Source: an uncultured Bacilli bacterium (GTDB lineage: Bacteria > Bacillota_I > Bacilli_A > RF39 > UBA660). Taken from it: a DNA stretch of 64,000 nt. How positions within the stretch are numbered: position 1 is the first letter of the stretch; every line of letters starts with the position of its first letter. The position numbers and the translations under genes were made by a program. Where the stretch lies: assembly GCA_934162195.1 (NCBI GenBank), contig CAKPHO010000004.1:7031-71030 (forward strand). The letters are read 5' to 3'. Shown in pieces: positions 1-9,006 of this stretch. A model generated the notes under the pieces. It saw nothing but the letters and a program-made list of their open reading frames with translations, was not told the origin of the DNA and did not search any database.

Positions 1-786
1 AGTATGTTTTTTGTTCTTGTTTATAATTAAAACTTTCTTATTTTCCGAATCAATGTCAGCAATGTTTATCGCCGTGGGATTAAGCTTTTTATTTATACTA
101 ATATATATTTCATTAGATTCTTTTATTAAATTATTATCTAGTGCATATTTAATCAAAATTTTAGCAACCATTAATGAATCTTCATTATAATATTTAGGAA
201 CAATATTAATTTTTTTAGTTGTACTAAGAATTCTCATAATTCTTTTTTTTATTTTTACAAGTTCCTTATATTTTTTTAATAAACCTTCTTCATTTTCATA
301 TCCGTATAAATATCCATCATTTACTATTTCACGATATGTAATTAAATCAGTTTCAAATTCAAACGGTAAATATCCTCTGTTTTTTTCTTTTCCTGCTTTT
401 TCAATTTTTATACACCAATTATAATTAAAATCTTCTTCTTTTATAGCTATTTCAGGAAGCCAAAAAACATAATTATTTTTATTATTGTTATAACATAAAT
501 ATCTATAATTTGTAGAATATGAATTACATAAAAAATCGTATCCACCTAAACCTATTCCATATTTACATACTATCTTATCAGGAATATCAAACATACCAAT
601 AAAACTTTCGTCATATGCAACTTTATCAAAACTTTCAAAGCAAGATTCTGCATTTAAAAACAAATGAACATAATTTTTATCTTCTTCATATTTGTGAGTA
701 TTAATACTATCTTCAAAACTGTTTTTATTATTATGAATCTTTTTATTTTGAAATTCCTCTTTAGACATTAATCTATAAAAAATCAT
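1..786 (-). CDS. hypothetical protein, 3' end lies beyond the window
   Basis: Minus-strand frame opens at ATG 784-786 (MIFYRLMSKEEFQNKK...). I found no stop down to position 1. It is absent from the ORF track, presumably because there is no in-window stop. No motif recognised. Confidence 0.45.
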   Translation of the reverse strand, partial: MIFYRLMSKEEFQNKKIHNNKNSFEDSINTHKYEEDKNYVHLFLNAESCFESFDKVAYDESFIGMFDIPDKIVCKYGIGLGGYDFLCNSYSTNYRYLCYNNNKNNYVFWLPEIAIKEEDFNYNWCIKIEKAGKEKNRGYLPFEFETDLITYREIVNDGYLYGYENEEGLLKKYKELVKIKKRIMRILSTTKKINIVPKYYNEDSLMVAKILIKYALDNNLIKESNEIYISINKKLNPTAINIADIDSENKKVLIINKNKKHT

Positions 787-870
787 AATTCTTTCCCCTT
801 CTTTTTTGAATGATTTTTATTATAACACAAAAATTTACATTTTAACACAAAAAAAGCACAAAATTTGTAC

Positions 871-1563
871 TCAATATTTAGCTACACATTTTAACTTTTT
901 TATTACCTTTTTTTCAATTCGAGATATATATGATTGACTTATACCTAACTTTTCAGCCACTTCCTTTTGCGTCATTTCTTTATGATTGAAAAGACCATAT
1001 CTTAAAACCATTATCTCTTTATCTCGATCATTTAATTTGGAAATTTCTTTATACATCATTTTTTTATCTGTTTCATCCTCTATTCCTTTTGTCACAATAT
1101 CAGAATCTGTTCCTAATATATCTTCTAAATGGAGTTCATTCCCTTCCGCATCATAACTTAAACTATCTTCAAAGCTAACCTCACTTTTCCTTCTTTTATT
1201 TTTTCTTAAAAACATTAATATTTCATTATCGATACATCTTGATGCGTAAGTTGCTAATTTAATATTTTTATCGGGCTTATAAGTCTTTATTCCCTTTATG
1301 AGACCAATACTTCCAATACTAACTAAATCTTCTAAATCAACACCTGTATTTTCATACTTTTTGGATAAAAATACCACTAATCTAAGATTGTGTTCTATTA
1401 ACTTTTCTCTAGCAAATTCGTCTCCATTACCAGCTCTTATAACATAATCTAGTTCTTCTTCCTTAGAAAGTGGTGCTGGTAACTTATCCGCGCTTCCGAC
1501 ATAAAAAATAGAATGTTCGCCACAAAATATTCTTATAATAAAATTAATAACTTTCTTTAACAT
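871..1563 (-). CDS. sigE: sporulation sigma factor SigE (pro-sigma-E)
   Basis: Sigma-70 family regions (EHNLRLVVFLSKKY, DLVSIGSIGLIKGI, HTH QKEVAEKLGISQSYISRIEKK). The N-terminal pro-sequence is followed by YVGSADKLPAPLSKEEE, typical of pro-sigma-E. Lies immediately downstream of a spoIIGA-like gene. Confidence 0.9.
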   Translation of the reverse strand: MLKKVINFIIRIFCGEHSIFYVGSADKLPAPLSKEEELDYVIRAGNGDEFAREKLIEHNLRLVVFLSKKYENTGVDLEDLVSIGSIGLIKGIKTYKPDKNIKLATYASRCIDNEILMFLRKNKRRKSEVSFEDSLSYDAEGNELHLEDILGTDSDIVTKGIEDETDKKMMYKEISKLNDRDKEIMVLRYGLFNHKEMTQKEVAEKLGISQSYISRIEKKVIKKLKCVAKY

Positions 1564-1564
1564 T

Positions 1565-2335
1565 TTATCCTCCTATTTCAGGTAGTATGCAGTCTACCCC
1601 ATCTATATTTATTTTTTTATTGATAAATCCTAGTAATAATTTTTCTTTTACTTCCTTACCATCTATTTCTAACTTTTCTAGTTTTAGACATTTAATCAGT
1701 CCTACACTATTAACAGTATTAATAGGCACGTATATACAAGGTTCTTGTATTTTACACTCTTTATTTATTAAAACAATCCTTCTTTTTAGATACGGATCAA
1801 CAACTTTATTTCCTGTATCAACATACCCTATACAATTAATACTTTTGTTATCAAAATACAATTTAACATAGTGATACTTACTGTAATTATTTTTTAAATT
1901 CAAACCTTGCCTTACATAAATATATATAATAAATGGTGAAAATATGATTAAAAATATAAAATTTATGCTTAACCCTTCGTGAAAAAAAACCAAACCTTGT
2001 TGCTTATACGAAAACTGTACATTCAAAAAATAAAGGAAACCTCCAAGAACAATACTAGCCATATATAAAAATCCCATGTTTTTAAAAAAGTATATTTTAT
2101 CTTTATAACCAAATGTCACTAATATCATAAATACACTTATTACTATTTTAAATAGAAATAAAACAAAAGAACTTATATTAATAAATAAAAATAAAATACT
2201 TAAACTTCCTACAAATGCTCCTAATAATAATCTATTGATTGATACCATTCTTCTTAAAATTAGTGAAACTGAAAGCAATAAAATAAAATCAAATCCAAAA
2301 TTTAATAAAAGAACAAGGTCTACATATATTTTCAT
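1565..2335 (-). CDS. spoIIGA: sigma-E processing peptidase SpoIIGA
   Basis: Polytopic membrane N-terminal half plus C-terminal aspartic-protease-like part with a DTGN motif (GYVDTGNKVVDP). Directly precedes sigE. Start moved to ATG 2335 (MKIYVDLVLLL) behind a GGTGAT Shine-Dalgarno; the track ORF extends to 2368. Confidence 0.85.
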   Translation of the reverse strand: MKIYVDLVLLLNFGFDFILLLSVSLILRRMVSINRLLLGAFVGSLSILFLFINISSFVLFLFKIVISVFMILVTFGYKDKIYFFKNMGFLYMASIVLGGFLYFLNVQFSYKQQGLVFFHEGLSINFIFLIIFSPFIIYIYVRQGLNLKNNYSKYHYVKLYFDNKSINCIGYVDTGNKVVDPYLKRRIVLINKECKIQEPCIYVPINTVNSVGLIKCLKLEKLEIDGKEVKEKLLLGFINKKINIDGVDCILPEIGG

Positions 2336-2353
2336 CGTATCACCATAAACATT

Positions 2354-2382
2354 ATAAAAAAACAACACAAATAATTGTGTCG
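2354..2382 (-). terminator. intrinsic terminator after pilin-like gene A
   Basis: Minus-strand hairpin ACACAA-ttat-TTGTGT followed by T7, just downstream of the stop at 2403. Confidence 0.6.
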
Positions 2383-2402
2383 TTTTGTGTTAGTATCTAA
2401 TT

Positions 2403-3416
2403 TTAATTTAATTGTGATTTTGAAATTGTGATTACTGGGCGAACGCCATAATTACCACTACCATCATTAACCTCAAGCTTAACTATAGATCCATCATGAT
2501 CGACTACCCACGCAAATTCAGAATCACCTATACAAGGAGAAGTTGTCCAATAGCCATATACTTCTGACTCCGAATTAGCTGTCCCTTCTAGATAATCATA
2601 TATCCATGTAGCTAACCCTGAAACTGAATTGTTATTAAATGATTTCCCTGAGGCCGTTGCTATTTGACTTGCAGTAGGAAAACTTACAGATATATTTCCA
2701 CCAAATATATCTTGCACATTTTTTAACAAGCTTTCTTCTCCAGTTGAATTTATATTCTCACATGTAGTATTATTATCTCCACCATCTATACACCATGACA
2801 CTGCAAAAAATCCACCTACAAAATTTCTATCCATTATTAAACTTATATTATCTCCAGAAGTCTCTAATACATAAAATGGTCTATCAAAATCTAAGTGACA
2901 TGTATATTTTGCCCCCACAGTTTGGCTTGTTCCTTCTTGCAATTCACATGTTAAAGTTGTCGGTTTATTATCGTCAGATGATGTATCATCTTTTTTAGTT
3001 GCTTCGTATTTCTTATTTTCTTCATCATATGAAACTTCATAATCTCCTATTGTCATCTCTGATGATTTTTTATCTACATTTCCATTTGATATTGTTATCT
3101 TACCTAAACTTGGTTTGGTTCCTTTCACATCAATAATGATTTTATCTTTATCACTACAACTTGCGCTTTTATCTCTACAAATATTTCCATCACTTGTGAT
3201 TTCATATTCTCCTTCTAAAATATTTCCGTCTAGACGTTCTGTTGCAACTACTGTTTCTACTGCACCGATATAACTATCCGCAGATCTCTCAGCTGCACCT
3301 TTCTTTGCACTTTTTATTGTGTTCATTACTATTGGGGTTGCTATTAGTGCTATTATTGCTAATACTACTATTACCGCTAGTAATTCTATTAAAGTAAAAG
3401 CATTTTTCTTCTTCAT
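2403..3416 (-). CDS. prepilin-type N-terminal cleavage/methylation domain protein with C-terminal lectin-like module (paralog A)
   Basis: MKKKNAFTLIELLAVIVVLAIIALIATPIV is a class III signal peptide (cleavage-site residue, then F+1, E+5, hydrophobic helix). Has the conserved pilin module shared with paralogs B, E, F and G. C-terminus reads YGYWTTSP...FAWVVDHDG...NYGVRPVITISKSQL. Confidence 0.85.
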   Translation of the reverse strand: MKKKNAFTLIELLAVIVVLAIIALIATPIVMNTIKSAKKGAAERSADSYIGAVETVVATERLDGNILEGEYEITSDGNICRDKSASCSDKDKIIIDVKGTKPSLGKITISNGNVDKKSSEMTIGDYEVSYDEENKKYEATKKDDTSSDDNKPTTLTCELQEGTSQTVGAKYTCHLDFDRPFYVLETSGDNISLIMDRNFVGGFFAVSWCIDGGDNNTTCENINSTGEESLLKNVQDIFGGNISVSFPTASQIATASGKSFNNNSVSGLATWIYDYLEGTANSESEVYGYWTTSPCIGDSEFAWVVDHDGSIVKLEVNDGSGNYGVRPVITISKSQLN

Positions 3417-3447
3417 CTTAACTCCTCCTAATTCTACTTCCTTTTAG

Positions 3448-3477
3448 ATTATAATCTATAAATTGTGACTTTGTCAA
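3448..3477 (-). promoter_or_regulatory. sigma-A type promoter of pilin-like gene A
   Basis: Minus-strand TTGACA (3472-3477), 18-nt spacer, TATAAT (3448-3453). About 30 nt further on is the GGAGGAG RBS and the ATG at 3416. Confidence 0.6.
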
Positions 3478-3503
3478 CAAGAAAAAATTTCACTTTACAC
3501 TAA

Positions 3504-3531
3504 CAAAAAAGGTACAAGTGTTTGTACCTTT
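3504..3531 (-). terminator. intrinsic terminator after GGDEF-domain gene
   Basis: Minus-strand AAGGTACAA-acac-TTGTACCTT hairpin followed by a T-run, starting 4 nt after the stop at 3535. Confidence 0.75.
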
Positions 3532-3534
3532 GTT

Positions 3535-5586
3535 TTAGTAATTTATTTCTTCTTTTATTTCTCTCATTATTGTTGTTGCTTCATTTATAGCATCATCAAC
3601 TGTTTTAATAGCATCATCAATCATACTATAACCAATAGCTGCTCCAAAACCATGAGATAATCCTTTAAATTCTTTATTCAATTTTCTTATATAACTTACT
3701 ACTTGTTTTTCATCATAACCTACCATGTAAATTAAGAATTCATTACCATTAGTTCTAATTATATCAGTATTTGGCATTTGAGTTGAAATAAGGATATTAG
3801 CAGCTTCACCAATTACTTTGTCACCTTCGGCATGACCATAATTATCATTAATATAAGCAACATTATTTAAATCTATTACAATAATTGTTTGTGGATATAC
3901 TTCACTATTATCCCACTTTTCAATATTATCATTTAAATAATTTCTATTTTTTAAAGATGTTAACATGTCAATATATTTTAATTTATCTTCTTTTGATAAA
4001 TTAACTTTCTTAACTTTTTTCTTTTTAGGCTTAAATATATTAAATCCAATGAATAATAATATTCCTGCACTTATTAATCCAACTATCGATAAAACAAATT
4101 TTCTAATAGAGAAAGGTCTTGCCATTAAGCTAGAAACTTCAAAGTAACCTTTATTTATTAATTCTTTTTCATTGTTAAAAGTTAAGTAGAAATCAAGCAA
4201 TTTAGCAAATAACTTATTATCATTAATATCTCTAATTGTAAAATTATAATTTGTATCTAAGTTAAAGATATTTAATATTTTATAATTTTTTAAATTCTTA
4301 CTAGCGTAAACATTATATGTATCTAAATCTAAAACAGCGATTGAATTACTTTTTAAATTAGAAAGTAAACTTTCGGTGTTTTTATAATTTTTTACTTTTA
4401 TTCCTAACTTATTTAAATAATCAGCAAGTCTAGTTTCCTCAACAACCATTACTTCTTTATCTTTTAAAGAGTTAACTGAATTTATAGAAATATTTTCATC
4501 ATTTGATAAAACTACTATTTTTTCATCATAACTAGAAACAGTATTGTAAACGTCCATATCAAATCCAAAATATGTTGTATTATTAAAAATAATATCTAAT
4601 TTATTTTGATTAAAGTCTTTAACTAAAGATGAAATATCATCATATTTTTTGTAGCTTATTTCTATACCAGCAAAATCAGAAAAATCAGAAATAATTGAAT
4701 GATTTATACCTACATATTTACCATCAACAACTAAATCATAAGGACTATTTTCATAAAAACCGTATGCGTATCTTTTGCTCTTAAATTCTACTTTATCTTT
4801 ATCTCCGATACTTGAGAAATTTAAATAACTATTTAAAAATTGATTAGCATAAGATTTATTTAATTTTTCCCTCTCCCATTTTTGATAATATTTAGTTAGA
4901 ATACTATTTAATTTATCATTACTTCCTAATTGTAAAACATAATATTTTGTCATTTCTGAAATATGATAATTGATATTTAATTTTTCGTTTGAAGCAATCT
5001 CCTTAAAGTAATTTAAACGTGGCAATACAATTGCGTCAATCTTCTTTTCTCCATCACTTTGTAAATCACTTATCATCGTTTCATAATTATCATAAGACTT
5101 TAATAAGATATCATTATTTAAATAAGTATTTACTAAGTTTAAATCATCTTTATATACTCCTACTGTGATATTTTTAATTTCATTTAAAGATCCATATTTA
5201 ACTTTATTTTTTGATATTAAAACATAGTCATCTTCATATACTTTTATTTGATTAGATTCAATATTATCAACATATTTTAATGAATATTCATTTTTTATTT
5301 CATCACCATTATTGTATGCGACCTTATTAAATTCTAATTTTGTATTATCTTCTAAATCTTTTAGAAAATCAAAAAATATACCATCACCATTATAACTTAT
5401 TAGCGGAACATTGTTAATTATTGATAAATCAATTAATTTTGATTTATTATTTTCTATCCATTGTTTTTCTAATAATGTTAAAGTGGTATTTTTGTCTTGT
5501 TTAAAGCCTATAAAATAAACTACTAAACTAACTGCTACTAAAGCTATAACACTTATAATTGTTATTCCTATTTTCTTATTCTTCAT
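3535..5586 (-). CDS. membrane-anchored sensor protein with extracytoplasmic substrate-binding-like repeats and a degenerate GGDEF domain
   Basis: N-terminal TM helix, long extracellular region, second TM helix (FVLSIVGLISAGILLFIGF). C-terminal GGDEF-type domain (LTSLKNRNYL, IDLNNVAYINDNYGHAEGDKV), but the signature is NGNEF (3736-3750) instead of GG(D/E)EF. Confidence 0.8.
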   Translation of the reverse strand: MKNKKIGITIISVIALVAVSLVVYFIGFKQDKNTTLTLLEKQWIENNKSKLIDLSIINNVPLISYNGDGIFFDFLKDLEDNTKLEFNKVAYNNGDEIKNEYSLKYVDNIESNQIKVYEDDYVLISKNKVKYGSLNEIKNITVGVYKDDLNLVNTYLNNDILLKSYDNYETMISDLQSDGEKKIDAIVLPRLNYFKEIASNEKLNINYHISEMTKYYVLQLGSNDKLNSILTKYYQKWEREKLNKSYANQFLNSYLNFSSIGDKDKVEFKSKRYAYGFYENSPYDLVVDGKYVGINHSIISDFSDFAGIEISYKKYDDISSLVKDFNQNKLDIIFNNTTYFGFDMDVYNTVSSYDEKIVVLSNDENISINSVNSLKDKEVMVVEETRLADYLNKLGIKVKNYKNTESLLSNLKSNSIAVLDLDTYNVYASKNLKNYKILNIFNLDTNYNFTIRDINDNKLFAKLLDFYLTFNNEKELINKGYFEVSSLMARPFSIRKFVLSIVGLISAGILLFIGFNIFKPKKKKVKKVNLSKEDKLKYIDMLTSLKNRNYLNDNIEKWDNSEVYPQTIIVIDLNNVAYINDNYGHAEGDKVIGEAANILISTQMPNTDIIRTNGNEFLIYMVGYDEKQVVSYIRKLNKEFKGLSHGFGAAIGYSMIDDAIKTVDDAINEATTIMREIKEEINY

Positions 5587-6034
5587 CTTGAACTACCTCT
5601 TTTCTTGATATTGAGAAAACCTCATTATTTCTATGCTTATATGCTATAACTGGATATGATTTTGATGTGCTCGTTACAAATATTTCAAAATCATAAAATG
5701 CTTTTTCCGAATCAGAGAAACCATCTAAAATTAAATTAAACATACTTTCTAAAGAAAGTTCATCTGTTTCTGGTTTTACATCAATAAAAAATTTTATTAT
5801 TTTACCATCTAATTTGTAATTAACAGTATTACAATTGTTATTACTTAAAAGTTTATCTTTTATGTTAGTAATTTTATTATCACTAATCAAAACATTTTCT
5901 ATCCCATTTAATCGATTGCCATATTTATTTGAATTATTTTGATACAAATAAATATAAATAGCTAATATTATTATAAATACAAATACTAATGTAAGAATCG
6001 CCACTAAAACTTTATTCTTTTTAATAAAATTCAT
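5576..6034 (-). CDS. hypothetical single-pass membrane protein
   Basis: Start placed at ATG 6034 (MNFIKKNKVLVAILTLVFVFIIILAIYIYL) behind AGGAGAG. Overlaps the start of the downstream GGDEF gene by 11 nt, which suggests an operon. Confidence 0.6.
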   Translation of the reverse strand: MNFIKKNKVLVAILTLVFVFIIILAIYIYLYQNNSNKYGNRLNGIENVLISDNKITNIKDKLLSNNNCNTVNYKLDGKIIKFFIDVKPETDELSLESMFNLILDGFSDSEKAFYDFEIFVTSTSKSYPVIAYKHRNNEVFSISRKEVVQDEE

Positions 6035-6122
6035 ATTTTCTCTCCTATCATCTCGCGAGATAATTATACTATATTTACCAATATTTTTCAATTTCTTATA
6101 AAGAAAAAAACACAAAAAGTGT

Positions 6123-6533
6123 TTATTTTTCTTTGGCTTCTAATTTTTCCAAAACTTCTTTAGTAACATCAATAGCTTTTAATCTAATTGCATTAGCAGC
6201 ATCTTCAAGAACTGGAGTTCCTTTTTCAACTGCATAATCAACTAATTTTTTGGCTGAATTTTCAATATCTTTGGCTTTCTTTTTAGCAATTTTTAAAACT
6301 TTTTCTTTGTCTAAATCTGCTAATTCTTCCTTAATTTCATCAATTTTCTTTTCAATATTTTCTTTTACTTCATCAGCATCAACATCTTTTAGTTTATTGA
6401 TCATTTCATCAATTTTTATTTTTAATTCAGCTCTTGTTTTACTACCTTCCTTTGGAGCAAATAAAACTCCTAATCCAGCCCCTACTGCAGCTCCTGTTAA
6501 AAATTTAAAAAATCCATGCTTATTCTTTCCCAT
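6123..6533 (-). CDS. YtxH domain-containing protein
   Basis: GFFKFLTGAAVGAGLGVLFAPKEGSKTRAELK N-terminus typical of the YtxH family, followed by a charged coiled coil. Start placed at MGKNKHGFF behind GGAGGAG. Confidence 0.75.
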   Translation of the reverse strand: MGKNKHGFFKFLTGAAVGAGLGVLFAPKEGSKTRAELKIKIDEMINKLKDVDADEVKENIEKKIDEIKEELADLDKEKVLKIAKKKAKDIENSAKKLVDYAVEKGTPVLEDAANAIRLKAIDVTKEVLEKLEAKEK

Positions 6534-6825
6534 CTTCTTCTCCTCCATTTTCTTCTTTATGTTTTCTTTTCTTAAATAATGAAGCTAATCCTGCTGTCAC
6601 AGTGCCAACAATCTTGTCAGTTAGTAAACTTATTGCATCAGCACTACGATCAACTAATGAAAATACTCCATTTAATTTAGACATCTTATAATTTACGTCA
6701 TCAATTGTTCTGTCTACTCTGTTTAAAGTTTTAATAGCTCTAATAGATAAAACAATTAAGACTACTATTAGTATACTCAACAATATATATAATATGATTG
6801 GTAAAATTTTTAATAATGCTTCCAT
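6520..6825 (-). CDS. DUF948 domain-containing protein (YtxG-like)
   Basis: N-terminal TM helix then RAIKTLNRVDRTIDDVNYKMSKLNGVFSLVD, typical of DUF948. Adjacent to the YtxH gene, as in the Bacillus ytxGH arrangement. Confidence 0.7.
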   Translation of the reverse strand: MEALLKILPIILYILLSILIVVLIVLSIRAIKTLNRVDRTIDDVNYKMSKLNGVFSLVDRSADAISLLTDKIVGTVTAGLASLFKKRKHKEENGGEEDGKE

Positions 6826-7601
6826 TATTCACCATCCTTCTTATCATACATAGAATCTATTAAATTAAACAAATCACTATCTGTTAATTCTTCTTTTGTT
6901 TCATCTTTTTCTTCTTGAAGTTCTTCAAACATTTCTTCATCACTAAGAGGTTCTTCTTTACTCTCTATTTCTTCAAACAAATCATTTTTATTTTCCTCTA
7001 TATTTTCTATTACATCATCTTTTTTAGCAAATCTAGGTTGATAATCTAAATCTACTAATCCATCATCTAGTGTTTCGACTTCATCATTAATAATACCGTT
7101 TTCTTCAGTAATTTCATAATCATCACTTGGTATAATTACTTCTAAATCATCTTCTAAAGTGCCATAAGCTTTTCTTCTAACATCATCAATAGTTAAATGT
7201 GAATTATCATACTCTGTTATTATTGGTCTATTTTTCTTAGGTGTTATATCATCTTTACGATAATTTTTATCTAAAACTCCATATACTGGTGAAATAATAG
7301 GTGTTGGCCTAAATACTTTTTTTTCTTCTTCTTTTCCTTTGTATTTTTCTTCTAGTTTCTTTGGTTTTGGTTTTTTTTCTTCTTTTCTTTCTAAACTAGC
7401 AAAATCCTTATCATCAAAGAAAACCGGAGCTTGAGGTTTTTCTTCTTTTACAAGAACCTCACTTTCTGCTACCACAGTTTTTTTAGGTTCCTCCACAGTT
7501 GGTGTAGGAGCTGGTATTTCTACCTGCATAACTTCTTTTTTTATTGGTGTTTCTTCTACTTCTTCTGTAAACATATTTTTTACTTTTTCTAAAAATCCCA
7601 T
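6825..7601 (-). CDS. hypothetical acidic (E/K/D-rich) protein
   Basis: Start placed at ATG 7601 (MGFLEKVKNMF) behind AGAGGTGAT. Low-complexity and highly charged. No confident family assignment. Confidence 0.55.
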   Translation of the reverse strand: MGFLEKVKNMFTEEVEETPIKKEVMQVEIPAPTPTVEEPKKTVVAESEVLVKEEKPQAPVFFDDKDFASLERKEEKKPKPKKLEEKYKGKEEEKKVFRPTPIISPVYGVLDKNYRKDDITPKKNRPIITEYDNSHLTIDDVRRKAYGTLEDDLEVIIPSDDYEITEENGIINDEVETLDDGLVDLDYQPRFAKKDDVIENIEENKNDLFEEIESKEEPLSDEEMFEELQEEKDETKEELTDSDLFNLIDSMYDKKDGE

Positions 7602-7611
7602 TCTATCACCT

Positions 7612-8226
7612 CTATTGTTTTTCCTCTTCATTTTCATCTGCATAATCTAAGAAATTATTATCTTCAGCTTCTGATTCAAATATATCATATTTCTCTTCTT
7701 TATTAGTAAAGAATTCATCATCAAGCATTAACTTAATAACCTCTGGATTAAACTTTATTGTGGATAAAATATACGTTGCATTTAAAACTACTGATTCCAC
7801 ATCATCTTTTTCTACTAATGCCTGAATTCTAGCATAATTATAATAGAAATTAATCAAGTACTTACCATTTTGTTCTTCTATTTTTAGGTAACCTTTTTTA
7901 TCATTTATATTAAATTCTCGTGAATAATACGCCGAATCATTAATCTCATAATTCATTTCTTTTTGATAAAAATAACTTATGGCATCAACATATAAATAAT
8001 AATAATTACCATTTGAATAAAGTTTATCATTAAATTCAACTGTATCTATATAACTTACACCACGTGGAACATAATACTTATAACCTTTACCAACCCGATT
8101 ATATAAAGTATTATTTTTAGATAAAATAACATTAATAGTATTATCAATATCTTTTGTATTTATTCTAACAGCGGTGCATCCAGTTAGAGACAAACCAACT
8201 AAAAGCAGTAACACTATTTTTTTCAT
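7612..8226 (-). CDS. putative lipoprotein
   Basis: Signal peptide with lipobox LSLTGC (MKKIVLLLLVGLSLTGCTAV). Confidence 0.7.
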   Translation of the reverse strand: MKKIVLLLLVGLSLTGCTAVRINTKDIDNTINVILSKNNTLYNRVGKGYKYYVPRGVSYIDTVEFNDKLYSNGNYYYLYVDAISYFYQKEMNYEINDSAYYSREFNINDKKGYLKIEEQNGKYLINFYYNYARIQALVEKDDVESVVLNATYILSTIKFNPEVIKLMLDDEFFTNKEEKYDIFESEAEDNNFLDYADENEEEKQ

Positions 8227-8305
8227 ATCTCACCTACTTAACTAAATTATATCAAATTTTATAAATTTTTAAATATTTTTTGTTACTTTACTGTAAATAT
8301 AATGT

Positions 8306-8944
8306 CTATTTAGTAACATCAACCATATATATTTGGTTTCCTTTGTTTACAAATTTTTCTTCATATTCAGTCATAATATTATCCGGATAACTATCACTAT
8401 GCAAGTCCAAAGATATATCATTTATTTTATATCCATAATCAATAAATGATTTTACTGAATATTCAAACAATTTTCTATTATCTGTTTTCATAGTAATATT
8501 TTTAATATTTTTAAAGATATTATCATACTTTTTTAAAAATATTTTACTAGATAATCTTCTATGTGCATGTCTATCTTTAGGCCAAGGATCAGAAAAGTTT
8601 AAATATATTTTAGATATTTCATGATCAAACACATCGTCTATTTCTAAAGCATCCATTCTAATAATCCTTAAATTAGGAATATCTTTGTTTTCTAATTTTT
8701 GAATAGCTCTTACTACAACGCTGTCATATTTTTCAATCCCAATAAAATTGATATTAGGATATTTTAAAGCATTATCAATAATAAATTTACCCTTACCCAT
8801 TCCAATTTCTATGTATATAGGATTATCATTACCAAATAATTTACTATATTTACCCCTATGCTCTTTATAATCTAGAACAACATAATTAGATGATTCTATT
8901 ATCTCTTTTGCACCTTTTACGTTTCTTAATCTCACTCTAATCAC
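8306..8944 (-). CDS. trmB: tRNA (guanine46-N7)-methyltransferase
   Basis: SAM-binding EIGMGKGKF and the FSDPWPKDRHAHRRL motif characteristic of TrmB. GTG start. Confidence 0.9.
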   Translation of the reverse strand: MIRVRLRNVKGAKEIIESSNYVVLDYKEHRGKYSKLFGNDNPIYIEIGMGKGKFIIDNALKYPNINFIGIEKYDSVVVRAIQKLENKDIPNLRIIRMDALEIDDVFDHEISKIYLNFSDPWPKDRHAHRRLSSKIFLKKYDNIFKNIKNITMKTDNRKLFEYSVKSFIDYGYKINDISLDLHSDSYPDNIMTEYEEKFVNKGNQIYMVDVTK

Positions 8945-8965
8945 CTATATCAATTATAACACATA

Positions 8966-8999
8966 AACAAAAAAAAGAATATAACTTGTATTATATTCT
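8966..8999 (-). terminator. intrinsic terminator after pilin-like gene B
   Basis: Minus-strand AGAATATAA-loop-TTATATTCT hairpin followed by T8. Confidence 0.75.
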
Positions 9000-9006
9000 C
9001 TATAAA

